DNA of 64,000 bases from Bdellovibrionales bacterium. Its GTDB lineage: Bacteria; Bdellovibrionota; Bdellovibrionia; Bdellovibrionales; UBA1609. Location of the stretch: assembly GCA_965261545.1 (NCBI GenBank), contig CBDHDF010000011.1, positions 192,001 to 256,000 of the forward strand, read 5' to 3'. Of this stretch, positions 20,473-30,595 are shown piece by piece. Made by a program: the position numbers and the translations under genes. Under the pieces are notes generated by a model. The model saw nothing but the letters and a program-made list of their open reading frames with translations, was not told where the DNA came from and made no database searches. Numbering within the stretch: the stretch's first letter is position 1; each line of letters starts with the position of its first letter.

Positions 20473-22199
20473 CCCTGAATTCATGGTTAAAAATATACAC
20501 CAGGATTATTCTTCTTCAAAAATTTTGAAAAAATCTCATTTTCAAAGGGAAAATTCAATTTTTTCTTAGATTTTAATAAAAAATCTATTTTCATTTTCTC
20601 AAAAATGGTGTATAAAATATACACCATGACAAAGGGGGTGAAATGAGTTTTATAAGAAGAATAAAGAAAAAGAACGGTCAAGTTTATTTAGCTGAGGTTG
20701 AAAATAAGTGGATTGATGGTAAGTCTGTGCAAAAACACATTCGTTATCTTGGCAAAGAAGTCGACGGTGAAACAGTAATTTCTCTTTCATCAAAAGATCT
20801 TCAAGTTGATAGTGTAAAAATTTATGGCCCACTTCTTGTATTTCATAGTATTGCGAAGAAGATTAATCTTCCAGATATTCTAGGAGAATATTCTAATGAA
20901 ATATTAAGTATGGTTTATGCTCATTGTATGGATTATAAGAGTGTTCACAAAATGCCATCATGGTATAAGCGTACAGATTTAAATCTTCTTTTAGGTTTAG
21001 ACAAGCTAACAGAAAATCGTTTAGTCTCAGCCATGGATAATCTAAATGAATCTAAGATACATGAATATCAAAGAAATATCTTTAACAATGTAAAGAAGAT
21101 ATATAAATTAAATTCAAAAGGAATTGTTTACGATGTAACAAATACTTATTTTCATGGAAAAACATGTGGTTTTGGAGAGAAAGGAAAGAGTAAAGATGGC
21201 AAACGTCAAAATGACCTCATACAAATAGGTTTAGCAACAACTCAAAAAGAAGGCATCCCAGTTTTTCATAAAAGTTTCAAGGGAAATATTCATGACAGTA
21301 GAACCTTAATGTCTCTTTCAGATAGTTTTAGTGAGTACCGATTGAATTCAGGTTTATTTGTATATGACCGAGGCATCACCTCTGAAAAAAACCTAAATTC
21401 TATAGGTAAAATGGGCTGGAAAACACTTTGTGGATTAACAATGAGAGAAAAAGAAAAGAATGCCATTAGAAAATTGTTGAAGAAGGGGTCTATGGATCAA
21501 TTTTCTAACATGGTTCAAATAAATGGAAATGTTATTTATGTCAAAGGAATTCCACACAAATTTGGATCGATTAAAGGAAAATTAGCCATTTGTTATAATG
21601 AGACTAAGAGAATAGAGATTAAAGAATCTAGAAGAAACAAAATTGTGGAAGCTCAGAAATTAATAAATGAAAATAAAGAAATTTTGATCGGTCTTGATAA
21701 ATATTTAACTTCTACAGGAAGATTAAGAGAATTCGTACTTCAAAATGCTGAAGAATTTGATGGATACTCATGTATTTTTTGTACTAAAAATATACCTGAT
21801 GAAGATATGGTAAGACTTTATTATGATAAAGATATTATAGAAAAAGCATTTCGTACTCTTAAGGGAGTATCAAAGTTAAGGCCTATTCGATTTAGATTAA
21901 AAAAACGTGTGGAGACTCACGTGTTTATATGCTATTTATCTTATCTTATACTATCAATTTTAAAATTAAACTTAAAATCTAAAGGCATAGATATATCGTC
22001 AGAAAAAGCAATTGAAGATTTAGAGGATATGTACAATGTTTATTTTTGTGATAATAAAAAGAAAAATAAATTTATTAGATCTGTGACTTTAAGTAAACAT
22101 CAAGAAAGAATATTACGATCAGTAGACTCAAATGTTCTCAAAAACCATGTGATACGCCCTTAAGAAACCTGGTGTATACTTCTGGGCAGAAATTCAGGG
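20473..22199 (+). mobile_element. IS1634-family element
   Basis: IRs ccctgaatt...tatacaccagg at both ends; TSD AGTTC (7 bp GAGTTCC if each end is 1 bp shorter). Confidence 0.9.
20643..22163 (+). CDS. IS1634-family transposase
   Basis: MSFIRRIKKKNGQVY; YDVTNTYF; GKSKDG; YDRG; IEKAFRTLK. Confidence 0.9.
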   Translation: MSFIRRIKKKNGQVYLAEVENKWIDGKSVQKHIRYLGKEVDGETVISLSSKDLQVDSVKIYGPLLVFHSIAKKINLPDILGEYSNEILSMVYAHCMDYKSVHKMPSWYKRTDLNLLLGLDKLTENRLVSAMDNLNESKIHEYQRNIFNNVKKIYKLNSKGIVYDVTNTYFHGKTCGFGEKGKSKDGKRQNDLIQIGLATTQKEGIPVFHKSFKGNIHDSRTLMSLSDSFSEYRLNSGLFVYDRGITSEKNLNSIGKMGWKTLCGLTMREKEKNAIRKLLKKGSMDQFSNMVQINGNVIYVKGIPHKFGSIKGKLAICYNETKRIEIKESRRNKIVEAQKLINENKEILIGLDKYLTSTGRLREFVLQNAEEFDGYSCIFCTKNIPDEDMVRLYYDKDIIEKAFRTLKGVSKLRPIRFRLKKRVETHVFICYLSYLILSILKLNLKSKGIDISSEKAIEDLEDMYNVYFCDNKKKNKFIRSVTLSKHQERILRSVDSNVLKNHVIRP

Positions 22200-22700
22200 A
22201 GTTCCTAGGGGGATGCCAAAAACTCCCCCGTCGGTGACTTTTCGACGAATCACTTGGGGGGCTTTGTACTTAATGGCAGCAGCCTCCTGAATAAAACCCC
22301 CTTGATAAGTCACTCCTTGAGTGGAAAGATGAGAGGGTGTTTTTTGAGGAGACATTGTTGGAGAGGTTGTCATTTGCAAGTTCACCTGTTTCTCTTTGTT
22401 CATAGGGTTTCCTTTGTTCTCTGAAGATTTCAGCAATTGACTCACAATGGATGAACCCTTAGAGCCATGTGGATGGGGTGGTTGTACTTTCTGACTCTTT
22501 GTCAGTGCAGCCTGTGCCTTGGATTTATTCACCGTCATAAGCTGACTGGAATCTCTGTGAGCCTTGAAAAAGAAAGTCATGAAGGAACCCCCAACAACCA
22601 TCAGAATGACGACTATGGATGTCTTTTTTTTATTGAGCATATCCTTGCCCCCATCTTTTTTGATGAAACATGAACCCAACTTATGAATAACCTCCATTGG

Positions 22701-22830
22701 AGGAACCTTCACCGAAGGAACCTTCACCGAAGGAACCTTCACCGAAGGAACCTTCACCGAAGGAGCCTTCATCGAAGGAACTTTCATCGAAGGAGCCTTC
22801 ACCAAAGGAACCTTCATCGAAGGAACTTTC
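22701..22830. repeat. 15-bp tandem repeat (aggaaccttcaccga), 8 full units plus a partial
   Basis: Seen directly; overlaps the virB9 stop. Confidence 0.9.
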
Positions 22831-23653
22831 CTTGGATGATAGCCTGTCCCTTCTTGTCTCCACAGGTCACATGGAGGGTAAAAGCCTTCTTCTCCTTGGA
22901 TGATATGAAGAGCCTGGCCTTGGAGCTTTCATGGTTCTCAAGCTTATCTTTACCCACCACATAACTTTGAGGAGCCAAAGGCTTGCCCTTTCTTGTCGCC
23001 AACACCTGAAGAGATTCGATATTTTCCCGTAAAACCCCTTTGTTTTTGATTTGAAGGTCTATGGTGCGCAATGAATGCTTGGGAGCCGCCATAGTTCTAC
23101 CAACTTTCACAAGCAACGAGTTTCCTACCACCAGTTCTAAATCAATGGAATAAAATCTCTGAGCTAGTTTCTTAGAATCCTTTTTTTGCTTTTGAGACGA
23201 GGGTAGGGAAAGCCTTAAGGAGTTGGGTTTCCATTTCACATGCAAAAAATCATCATATTGGCAGTGGTTACATACATCGAGGAGAAAACCATAGGTATGG
23301 TGGGGGGTATAAACAAAGAGGTTGGTTTTAACTCTGCCCAAGGGCTGGATAGTGATATCGTTGTCAATAAACTCAACGGAGTGGTAGTTTTGGTTTCCAA
23401 TGACTACCTTTTTCGGAGTCTCAGAAAAGCGCAAAACCGAAGCCCTTCCCATTCTTAATTGAATGGTTTGCATTTTCCTGTTATCCACTCTTATGGTTCT
23501 GATCTTATCTGGTAGGGAGTCAGAAGCCACCAAGATCAAAATAAGAATGGCAGCCAATCCTGAATTATAAATGATCCATTTTTTAGTCATAACATTTATA
23601 AATTTTAATCTCATAAAATATCCTTTCTTTGACCTTTTTCTGGTCTCATGCAA
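22814..23653 (-). CDS. VirB9/TrbG-like T4SS protein
   Basis: Signal peptide; TIQLRMGRASVLRF...KTNLFVYT; upstream of virB10. Confidence 0.7.
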   Translation of the reverse strand: MHETRKRSKKGYFMRLKFINVMTKKWIIYNSGLAAILILILVASDSLPDKIRTIRVDNRKMQTIQLRMGRASVLRFSETPKKVVIGNQNYHSVEFIDNDITIQPLGRVKTNLFVYTPHHTYGFLLDVCNHCQYDDFLHVKWKPNSLRLSLPSSQKQKKDSKKLAQRFYSIDLELVVGNSLLVKVGRTMAAPKHSLRTIDLQIKNKGVLRENIESLQVLATRKGKPLAPQSYVVGKDKLENHESSKARLFISSKEKKAFTLHVTCGDKKGQAIIQGKFLR

Positions 23654-23756
23654 TTCAACCTCAACCCAAAAGACTTGCCGTGGGCAGAGTTTTTTTGGGA
23701 AAAACGCCTTCTCTATTTACAAATTGTCCATGAAATTGTTGATTCTCTTGATTGAA

Positions 23757-24329
23757 CTAATGCTCTAACATTTGATTGACCAAAAGACCCATGGGATTCC
23801 AAGCATTGGATTGATCTTGAACCAGCTTTATGGAAACCTTGGTGGGGACAGGTATGGGAAGCCCCTCTATTTTTAAAAGCTTGTCAAATTGGGCTGTCAC
23901 TTCTTTCTCTGTGACAGTCAACGAAAGGTTGACAATAGCTTGAGAAGTTTTTTTTCCTTTAAAGTCCTTTTCTTTCAGATGAGTCAAAAGCGTAAAAATC
24001 TTTGTGTTCAAGCCTTCAGTCACCAAGGGACTTAGGCTTGTGTGCATGGACTTGGGGTGAAGTTCTTCCCATTCGTAGCGGATGCGTAAAAAACCTTCAA
24101 CAAAGTCCTTGATATCTTCCTCTGAAAGGTTTATACGAGCCCTGTGGGCTCGCAAGTAACTATTCTTTCCTCCTTCCTTAATCACCACAATAGGATCATC
24201 AAAATAGAGAAGAGCCACTGTCAGTGCTTGAGTCATACAAATAACCATCAAACCAAGATTGATAAGCTTATGTGTTCTTAGTAGAGAGTGAATGTCTTTC
24301 CATGCGCTTATGCTTGTGGATGAACTCAT
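23757..24329 (-). CDS. VirB8/TrbF-like T4SS protein
   Basis: Single TM helix; C-terminal NPMGLLV motif. Confidence 0.65.
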   Translation of the reverse strand: MSSSTSISAWKDIHSLLRTHKLINLGLMVICMTQALTVALLYFDDPIVVIKEGGKNSYLRAHRARINLSEEDIKDFVEGFLRIRYEWEELHPKSMHTSLSPLVTEGLNTKIFTLLTHLKEKDFKGKKTSQAIVNLSLTVTEKEVTAQFDKLLKIEGLPIPVPTKVSIKLVQDQSNAWNPMGLLVNQMLEH

Positions 24330-24583
24330 AATAAACCTACCTTCATAATCTTTTCTACAAAGGTTTTCATGATTTTCCCTATGCTTCTATCTGAATTTTT
24401 CCTGAATTTTTTCTCTATAATTTTTTTGTTGGCTGTCTTCATATTCTTTCCTTGATATCTCTCTACGACGACGATTTTTTCTTTACTTTCTTCCATGGAT
24501 TTTCCTTTATTTCTCTGTATAGTTTCTTTCATTTTACGTTCCATATCTTGACAGGTTTTTTCTATGATAGCTTCTATCATCAT
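24326..24583 (-). CDS. Low-complexity Lys-rich hypothetical protein
   Basis: ATGA overlaps with both neighbours. Confidence 0.35.
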   Translation of the reverse strand: MMIEAIIEKTCQDMERKMKETIQRNKGKSMEESKEKIVVVERYQGKNMKTANKKIIEKKFRKNSDRSIGKIMKTFVEKIMKVGLL

Positions 24584-25605
24584 GCTTGAGGTCTCCCTTC
24601 ATCAATTTGAGGTGGTGGTTGTTCTCTGGCAGCGGCTATGTCTTGCATTGTAATTGGAACATCAGCTTGAACCCTTTCTCTGAGGTCATCGTCATTCATA
24701 GAAGATTTTGTTCTCACCTGAGCTATTCTGGCCATGCGATGGTCCAAGGGTTTCTTGATAGATTTTGCTAGGGGTTTTGCCATAAATTGTCCTACGGACT
24801 GCCCTGCTCCAAGGGTGTGTGCAAGCCCTTGCTTGGCCACTTTTTGGGTATAAAACTTGGCAGCAGCCACTGTAGCCATGGCTGGAGCCGAGGCTAAAGC
24901 AGACGCGGCACTTTCTAAACCATCATTAATCAGGGACCTTGTGGCCATTGGAATAAAGAGCATACTGAGTCCAATGCACAAGTTCATTACAATAGACATA
25001 AGAAAATCCTCCATACTGTGAAACTGAGGGTTCATGGCTAATTTCAGAAGCAAGACTCCAAGTACAGTCCACAAAATTTTCCAGATAACGACCTTAATAA
25101 GTCCCTTGTATAAGTTGGCAGTTATATGGGATGTGGACTTTGGGACATAGGCAAGAATCATCAGGGGAGAAATCGTAAACAACACCACCCACACAAAGTG
25201 GGTGAGAGCCTCAGCCACAAAAAATCCCAAAAGGGCTATAATGTAAGAGACCAAAGAGAGTACATAAAGAATATGCCCTCTCAGATCAAAGAGTCCTCCT
25301 GAAAGGTCCTTTTCGTTGGGTCCCATGTGTGCGAGTACATCCCATACATTGGCAATCTTATCTATTTTCCCAATAACTCCATCACCCACCATGCCGATCA
25401 CATGGATGATGTCATCAAAGGAAAATATCATAATCATAGATATCACCACACGCCTTAGAATATCAAAGATATCCACAGTGCTTCCCGAACCCTTAAGAAA
25501 CTCCAGGATAATAATCAAAAGGATTATGGGAGCCAAGAGGAACCAATAAATATCTAAAATTTCTGCCCGAACATCATTGGCAATCCCTGAAAGTGAATCA
25601 AACAT
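24580..25605 (-). CDS. VirB6/TrbL-like polytopic membrane protein
   Basis: Multiple TM helices; ISPLMIL motif; Ala-rich tail. Confidence 0.7.
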   Translation of the reverse strand: MFDSLSGIANDVRAEILDIYWFLLAPIILLIIILEFLKGSGSTVDIFDILRRVVISMIMIFSFDDIIHVIGMVGDGVIGKIDKIANVWDVLAHMGPNEKDLSGGLFDLRGHILYVLSLVSYIIALLGFFVAEALTHFVWVVLFTISPLMILAYVPKSTSHITANLYKGLIKVVIWKILWTVLGVLLLKLAMNPQFHSMEDFLMSIVMNLCIGLSMLFIPMATRSLINDGLESAASALASAPAMATVAAAKFYTQKVAKQGLAHTLGAGQSVGQFMAKPLAKSIKKPLDHRMARIAQVRTKSSMNDDDLRERVQADVPITMQDIAAAREQPPPQIDEGRPQA

Positions 25606-26400
25606 TTAAAATTTGATAAACTTATTGGATCGTGGAACGCTCTGAAATAATTTTCCTATTTTACCGTGCACTTTCTGATAGGACCTCACATCGGATTTAT
25701 CCTTCTTGTTTTGCATAGCCATCACTTCACTTTGAAGTTTAAGGCTCTGACTCTGAAGGCGAATCAACTGATTGATACTTTCAAGAATCATGGCATTAGA
25801 GACAGCCGTGGCTCTGGCAGCTCCCTTGGGGGAAGCCATGGACGCTTGCTGTATCAGCGAGTTTGAATTTGCCTCCTGTGCCTTGGAATAATCCTTGGAT
25901 AATGCAATCATCACAAGAGATTCAGCAATGCTTTCATCGTGGAGTTTATGAAGAACCTCTTCGGGGGATTTGGGAATCTTGCCATAAATTTGGTAAACCG
26001 TCTCAATGGAGTTGTTAAAACTCCGAAGATTTCCAAGAATCCCCTGATCCTTCAATGGCAGGCTGCTCATGAGCCCCGTGATATTTTCAATCCCATAGTG
26101 AATGGTTCGGAGATAGTCACTGGAATTTTGCGAATGATCCATCATCAACTTAAGTTGTTGGTAGCGTTTATGGTTCTCATCCAATATTTTGACCAAATAG
26201 GGTACTTGTGCCCAACCCGCACCAAGGTCACCAAAAATGGCATGGGCCGTGGGTGACGGAATTATGAAAAGAATAGATAAAAGCAAAGGCACTATTTTTA
26301 AGTAAAATTTCAAATTCCATTTTTTACTCTTGCTCTTATTCGTATTTTCAATCTCACTTTTATTCTGATTATCCTTAAAGATATGTATTTCAAAAAACAT
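25606..26400 (-). CDS. VirB5/TrbJ-like secreted coiled-coil protein
   Basis: Signal peptide (AHA cleavage site); Gln-rich helices; lies between virB4 and virB6. Confidence 0.6.
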   Translation of the reverse strand: MFFEIHIFKDNQNKSEIENTNKSKSKKWNLKFYLKIVPLLLSILFIIPSPTAHAIFGDLGAGWAQVPYLVKILDENHKRYQQLKLMMDHSQNSSDYLRTIHYGIENITGLMSSLPLKDQGILGNLRSFNNSIETVYQIYGKIPKSPEEVLHKLHDESIAESLVMIALSKDYSKAQEANSNSLIQQASMASPKGAARATAVSNAMILESINQLIRLQSQSLKLQSEVMAMQNKKDKSDVRSYQKVHGKIGKLFQSVPRSNKFIKF

Positions 26401-26530
26401 AGAAACTCCCGTTGGTTGATTTTTATTCGATTGATATTTATTCGTATGCTTATGCTTCTTTTAGTCGAAATTATTTCTCATTATAATGATTGAACATTGA
26501 ACTTATGTTTCACCGCCTTCATCACCTTTG

Positions 26531-29050
26531 TTACTTTCGTTGATCCTTGGGAAAAGCTAAACATTCGAGAACATCAAGCTGACTCATCTCAGGAAATTTA
26601 GCTTCAGTATGGGAAATGCGAACCTTGTCGTTGGCATCGGATGTGGAAAACCAATGACTTAGGGGCTCTGGAATCAGTCGCAAGATGGTGTCTCTATCTC
26701 CTTGAAGATAATACAGTTCACTGTACTCTCCCTTGCAGATGGACAGGCTTTTAATGCGCTCCACTTGAACATCATTAAAATCAAAGGTCTTTTGAAAGTC
26801 ATTCCAGTCAATTTTTCTTTGAGGAAGAATAATGACATTGGTGGTATTAGTCATCAAAGCATCTTTAAGGGAGTCATCCATCATAAAGTCTTTATAGTTC
26901 TGACTTAGACACCAAATACCACTTTTAAACTTCCTCCAAGTGCGATAGCAGGTGATGACCACCTGCCTTGCTAACTCTGACTGCAAGAGCCTTTCGGCCT
27001 CGTCGATAATCAAAAGATACTCCCTTTCAATATCTGATGAAGCCACATCCTGAATGTAAGAAGTTAAAATCAAAAGTACGACATCTTTGAGTTCGGGATA
27101 ACTATTTAAATGACGAATCTCCACAGAGATGAGGTCCTTAGAGAGTTTCACGTTGGTGGGACCATCAAGCATTTGGCCATAGGCTGAAGACCCCGTCCAA
27201 CTGTAGAGGATTTCCCCAAACCCTCTCATCTTAGGATCATTGTGACCATCCAAGAGGGATTTAAAATCAGACAATATTGGCCATTTTTTTGATCCTTCTT
27301 TTGACCCTTCTTCCCCGTTATCCATATGGAGTTTATAGACTTTATAAATCTGTTCCTCTAAAAGAGCCTTTTCTCTCTTGCCAAGGGTTTTTTGGTTTTC
27401 ATCCTTGAGAATCATTTCAAGCACAGCCAAAATTGTGCGAACCCTGTCCGAACTGGGTTGGGTTTCTCCCTCCTTGAGGTCAAACACATTAAGACACAAA
27501 TCAGACTCCAAGCTAAAATCTACAAACTCACCATCTAGGATTTCAATAAGCCTTTTTGATGAGGCTCCATTGTCAATCCATACAATTCTTGGCCTGTGGG
27601 CTTGGCCCGAGGGACCATGGCTCACTTTTCCATAGAACATGGCCATGAGCTGGACGAGGGCGTAGCTTTTCCCACTTCCTGAGCTACCAAACACAATGCC
27701 ATTCCATGAGGGGAGATGTTCGGCGTAGGGGTCCAGTGAGAAGAGTTCTCCATCTCTTGTGGGAAGGAGGCACACAGGGCTTGAATTGCCTCGCCAATTG
27801 GCAAAGACCGGCATAAGGTGAACGGCATTGCTGGACTTCATTTTCTTGTGACGGAGCCCTTCACAGCACCCAGGCAGAGATTTAAGAAAAGCCACTTTTC
27901 CCGTAAGAGTTTCTTGCAAACCCTCAGCTTGGTTAAGAAGACGAAAGGTCTTAAGAATTTCATCCGTCTTGTCACCGAGTTCTTCTAGGGATTTTGCCCA
28001 AATCATCACATTGAAGTCTGAGGAAACTAATTTCTCTGAGCCCTCAATAAGGTGGGATAAAAGCCCTTCGATCTGCCCAAGTTTGTTCTCTGAATCGAGA
28101 TCACTGACGTTCTGACTTCCCGATGCCATGGAGTAAGCAATCCTTCTCTTTAACTCCAAGGAGGCTTTCTCTCCTCTCTGATTTAAGAGATGAATGGACT
28201 GGCTTATCCAAAAATGAAAGGGCACAGTAGAAAAGGCATTGACCATGGCGGCAAAGGTTTGCCCCTCCGGGAGCGTGGCAAGGCTTATCGTGCGAAATTG
28301 ATAGCCTCCCATAGATATAGCGTCTTTGTTCCATGTGAAGTCAGTGAGAGTCAGTTGCTCACTCACAGAGGGGTCAAAGAGGGCCTTGGGTTCTCGGTAG
28401 TGGGGAGAGCCCACTTTTTCCTTTCGTTCAAAGTTGAGGTGCTCAAAAATAAGTTGAAACCAAGCCTCAGAGTTCAGAGGCATAGGTTTGAGCCCTGCGG
28501 AGACAAGAAGAGATTCGACCCCATGGACGGAGCGCATGAATTTGTTTTTTCCCTGAGCAAAGTCTTTTTCTAACATCGAAGCAAAATACTGACTTGATGA
28601 AAAAAGCCCTTGCTTCTTCGTACCCAAGGATTGGCTGCGAATGAAAAAATAAATCTCAGGGAGAAAGTATTTCTTCTCATTTTGGTTTTTACGGTAAAAT
28701 GCAAGGCGAGCCTTGGCGATTCTCTGATAAGGCCCTTCTATGCTCTCAGACAGCTTGCGGTGATCCTCAATGAGATTGTCTACATTGGGCGAGAGCTTGT
28801 AAAGGACTTGAAACTTGAGGCCCTCTTGTGAAACTGTCATGAGGTCTTCAAGGTGTTGGGTCATCTGGTTGATCTGCTCATTTGTGGCACAGGTCATATC
28901 AAAGCCGGAAAGCTTAAAACCTGCCCCAAGGGACCCATCCTTAAAAACCATAAGATTCTTATCAAAATGCCAAAATTCCAATTCACTGGCAAGACACTCC
29001 ATGGAGTCTCCTTTCATAAATATTTCACTTTCATAGATATTTCCTTTCAT
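26531..29050 (-). CDS. virB4: VirB4/TraC T4SS ATPase
   Basis: 839 aa; GSSGSGKS; IIDEAE; RTWRKF...LSQN. Confidence 0.9.
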   Translation of the reverse strand: MKGNIYESEIFMKGDSMECLASELEFWHFDKNLMVFKDGSLGAGFKLSGFDMTCATNEQINQMTQHLEDLMTVSQEGLKFQVLYKLSPNVDNLIEDHRKLSESIEGPYQRIAKARLAFYRKNQNEKKYFLPEIYFFIRSQSLGTKKQGLFSSSQYFASMLEKDFAQGKNKFMRSVHGVESLLVSAGLKPMPLNSEAWFQLIFEHLNFERKEKVGSPHYREPKALFDPSVSEQLTLTDFTWNKDAISMGGYQFRTISLATLPEGQTFAAMVNAFSTVPFHFWISQSIHLLNQRGEKASLELKRRIAYSMASGSQNVSDLDSENKLGQIEGLLSHLIEGSEKLVSSDFNVMIWAKSLEELGDKTDEILKTFRLLNQAEGLQETLTGKVAFLKSLPGCCEGLRHKKMKSSNAVHLMPVFANWRGNSSPVCLLPTRDGELFSLDPYAEHLPSWNGIVFGSSGSGKSYALVQLMAMFYGKVSHGPSGQAHRPRIVWIDNGASSKRLIEILDGEFVDFSLESDLCLNVFDLKEGETQPSSDRVRTILAVLEMILKDENQKTLGKREKALLEEQIYKVYKLHMDNGEEGSKEGSKKWPILSDFKSLLDGHNDPKMRGFGEILYSWTGSSAYGQMLDGPTNVKLSKDLISVEIRHLNSYPELKDVVLLILTSYIQDVASSDIEREYLLIIDEAERLLQSELARQVVITCYRTWRKFKSGIWCLSQNYKDFMMDDSLKDALMTNTTNVIILPQRKIDWNDFQKTFDFNDVQVERIKSLSICKGEYSELYYLQGDRDTILRLIPEPLSHWFSTSDANDKVRISHTEAKFPEMSQLDVLECLAFPKDQRK

Positions 29051-29056
29051 AGGTTT

Positions 29057-29470
29057 TCAATTCTTATGCTCCTTCCATCCATCTTCACAATTTTTCATCC
29101 CCTGACTTGTGGTCTTTGCCATTGCCTCCTCTCCTTTTGGTGGAAAAGAAAGTGAGTTGTTACAAATTTTCTTTCTTACCCTGTGAGCCTCCCTTGGCTC
29201 TTGGCCCGCTGAAAAGAACCCCGGCTCAAGGTAAAAACGAAGAAAATCAAGCAAAAAACCTTCAGGCTTGCCCCTCTTTCCAAAGTACAAGATGGCGAGA
29301 ACCAAAAGGGGAGCCCCAAAGACAAGAGGAATTTCTAAAACTGTCCCAGAAAAACAAAGACTCATAAGGGCTCCAAGAATAAGAGAGACGAGAAGGTCGA
29401 GGGCCTCAAGCCCCCCAACCTTAAATTTAGCATCGAGATTTCGATGAACTTTCGATCTTTTGATATCCAC
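29057..29470 (-). CDS. VirB3-like protein
   Basis: VHRNLDAKFKVGGLE followed by two TM helices; precedes virB4. Confidence 0.6.
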   Translation of the reverse strand: MDIKRSKVHRNLDAKFKVGGLEALDLLVSLILGALMSLCFSGTVLEIPLVFGAPLLVLAILYFGKRGKPEGFLLDFLRFYLEPGFFSAGQEPREAHRVRKKICNNSLSFPPKGEEAMAKTTSQGMKNCEDGWKEHKN

Positions 29471-29684
29471 TATTTGACCCTCCTCATCGGGTATTCGCGA
29501 CTTAATGTACTCACCATCACCACCGCCGAACCTTCACCACTTGCAATGCGCCGGCCCCTGATAGGTGTCACCTGTGGTGCGCCCACCATGTGGGTTCACC
29601 TGTGGTGCCGTGCCACCATATGTAGGTGTCACTTGTGGCACCCATCACACCCATCCTCTGGCACCTATCCTTTGACATTTGACT

Positions 29685-30005
29685 TCACCCTCCCACTGCC
29701 GACTGAAACCAGCGGATAATCATAGGGGCGAGAAAACCAATCATGCTGGCAACAATCACCAGAAGCATACGTCTCTTTGCACCTTCATCACCCATGGCGG
29801 CTTGGATAGCTGCGTAGATTAGCCCCAAGATAGCAAAGGTTGGCAATATCACCGATATAAGGCTATTGGTGAGACTTTGGATGCGACTCTCAAAGCCGAG
29901 CCCACCCAATCCTGCCAAAGTGGGACTCATAGACAAAAGAAGAACAACAATGAACAGGCATATAAATCCTAAACCTCTCAGACTTATGGTTCTTTTAAAA
30001 CTCAT
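29685..30005 (-). CDS. VirB2/TrbC-like conjugative pilin
   Basis: Long signal peptide and two hydrophobic helices; first gene of the T4SS cluster. Confidence 0.7.
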   Translation of the reverse strand: MSFKRTISLRGLGFICLFIVVLLLSMSPTLAGLGGLGFESRIQSLTNSLISVILPTFAILGLIYAAIQAAMGDEGAKRRMLLVIVASMIGFLAPMIIRWFQSAVGG

Positions 30006-30379
30006 GATTCGTCCTTCAGATAAAGCACAAGTGTTTTGAACTTGGACCCATAATCAATAAAGACATTCCCATAGGTCCTATGATTGCTATATCCTGAGCC
30101 AACAAGGTGACGCTTCAAGAATTGACCATTTCTACGCTTGATGACAAGCTCCATCCTGTAGTTGATGGACCCATCAGCATTGGACTCAAAAGGTTTTAGA
30201 AAGTATTGCTTTTCATTGGGCTCTTCATCCACCCTTAAAAGATATTCACCATAGGAGGAGTTATAAAAAGCCACTCCGGCGTGATGAACAGTATCATTTC
30301 TTGGATCCAACCATCCTAAAATGAAAGTTTCATTTTTTCTTTTTTCATAAGTGAAATTGTTGTTTTCTTTATGATTCAT
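30002..30379 (-). CDS. Hypothetical beta-rich protein
   Basis: Repeated AGVAFY/VGSGY motifs; resembles 30596-31072. Confidence 0.6.
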   Translation of the reverse strand: MNHKENNNFTYEKRKNETFILGWLDPRNDTVHHAGVAFYNSSYGEYLLRVDEEPNEKQYFLKPFESNADGSINYRMELVIKRRNGQFLKRHLVGSGYSNHRTYGNVFIDYGSKFKTLVLYLKDES

Positions 30380-30595
30380 ATCAATGCCTCCGTGACATCA
30401 TAGTCTTTAAAAAGGTTAAAAAAATAATCTGATGATAAAATAAATCTTGCTTGAGAGCTAAGCATCATAAATGCTTTCACTGCGTTTATTAGGGCAAGAG
30501 CATGGCCATGGCCATGAAATAAGATTTACAAATAATCAACATGGACCTCCAAGGGGGGACGCTAATCCCTTGGGGTCGTTTTATAGACTAGATCA

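Larger units (their letters stand above)
19922..22640 (-). pseudogene. virB10: VirB10/TrbI-like protein interrupted by IS1634
   Basis: Removing the IS restores the in-frame ...GIPLGTHIKGKLL...; C-terminal YVTLPAGREIIV; N-terminal TM helix. Confidence 0.8.

Noticed and set aside
22681..22964. Repeat ORFs (RRNLH)n, (EPSPK)n and (EGSFG)n
   Set aside because: Alternative frames of the 15-bp array.
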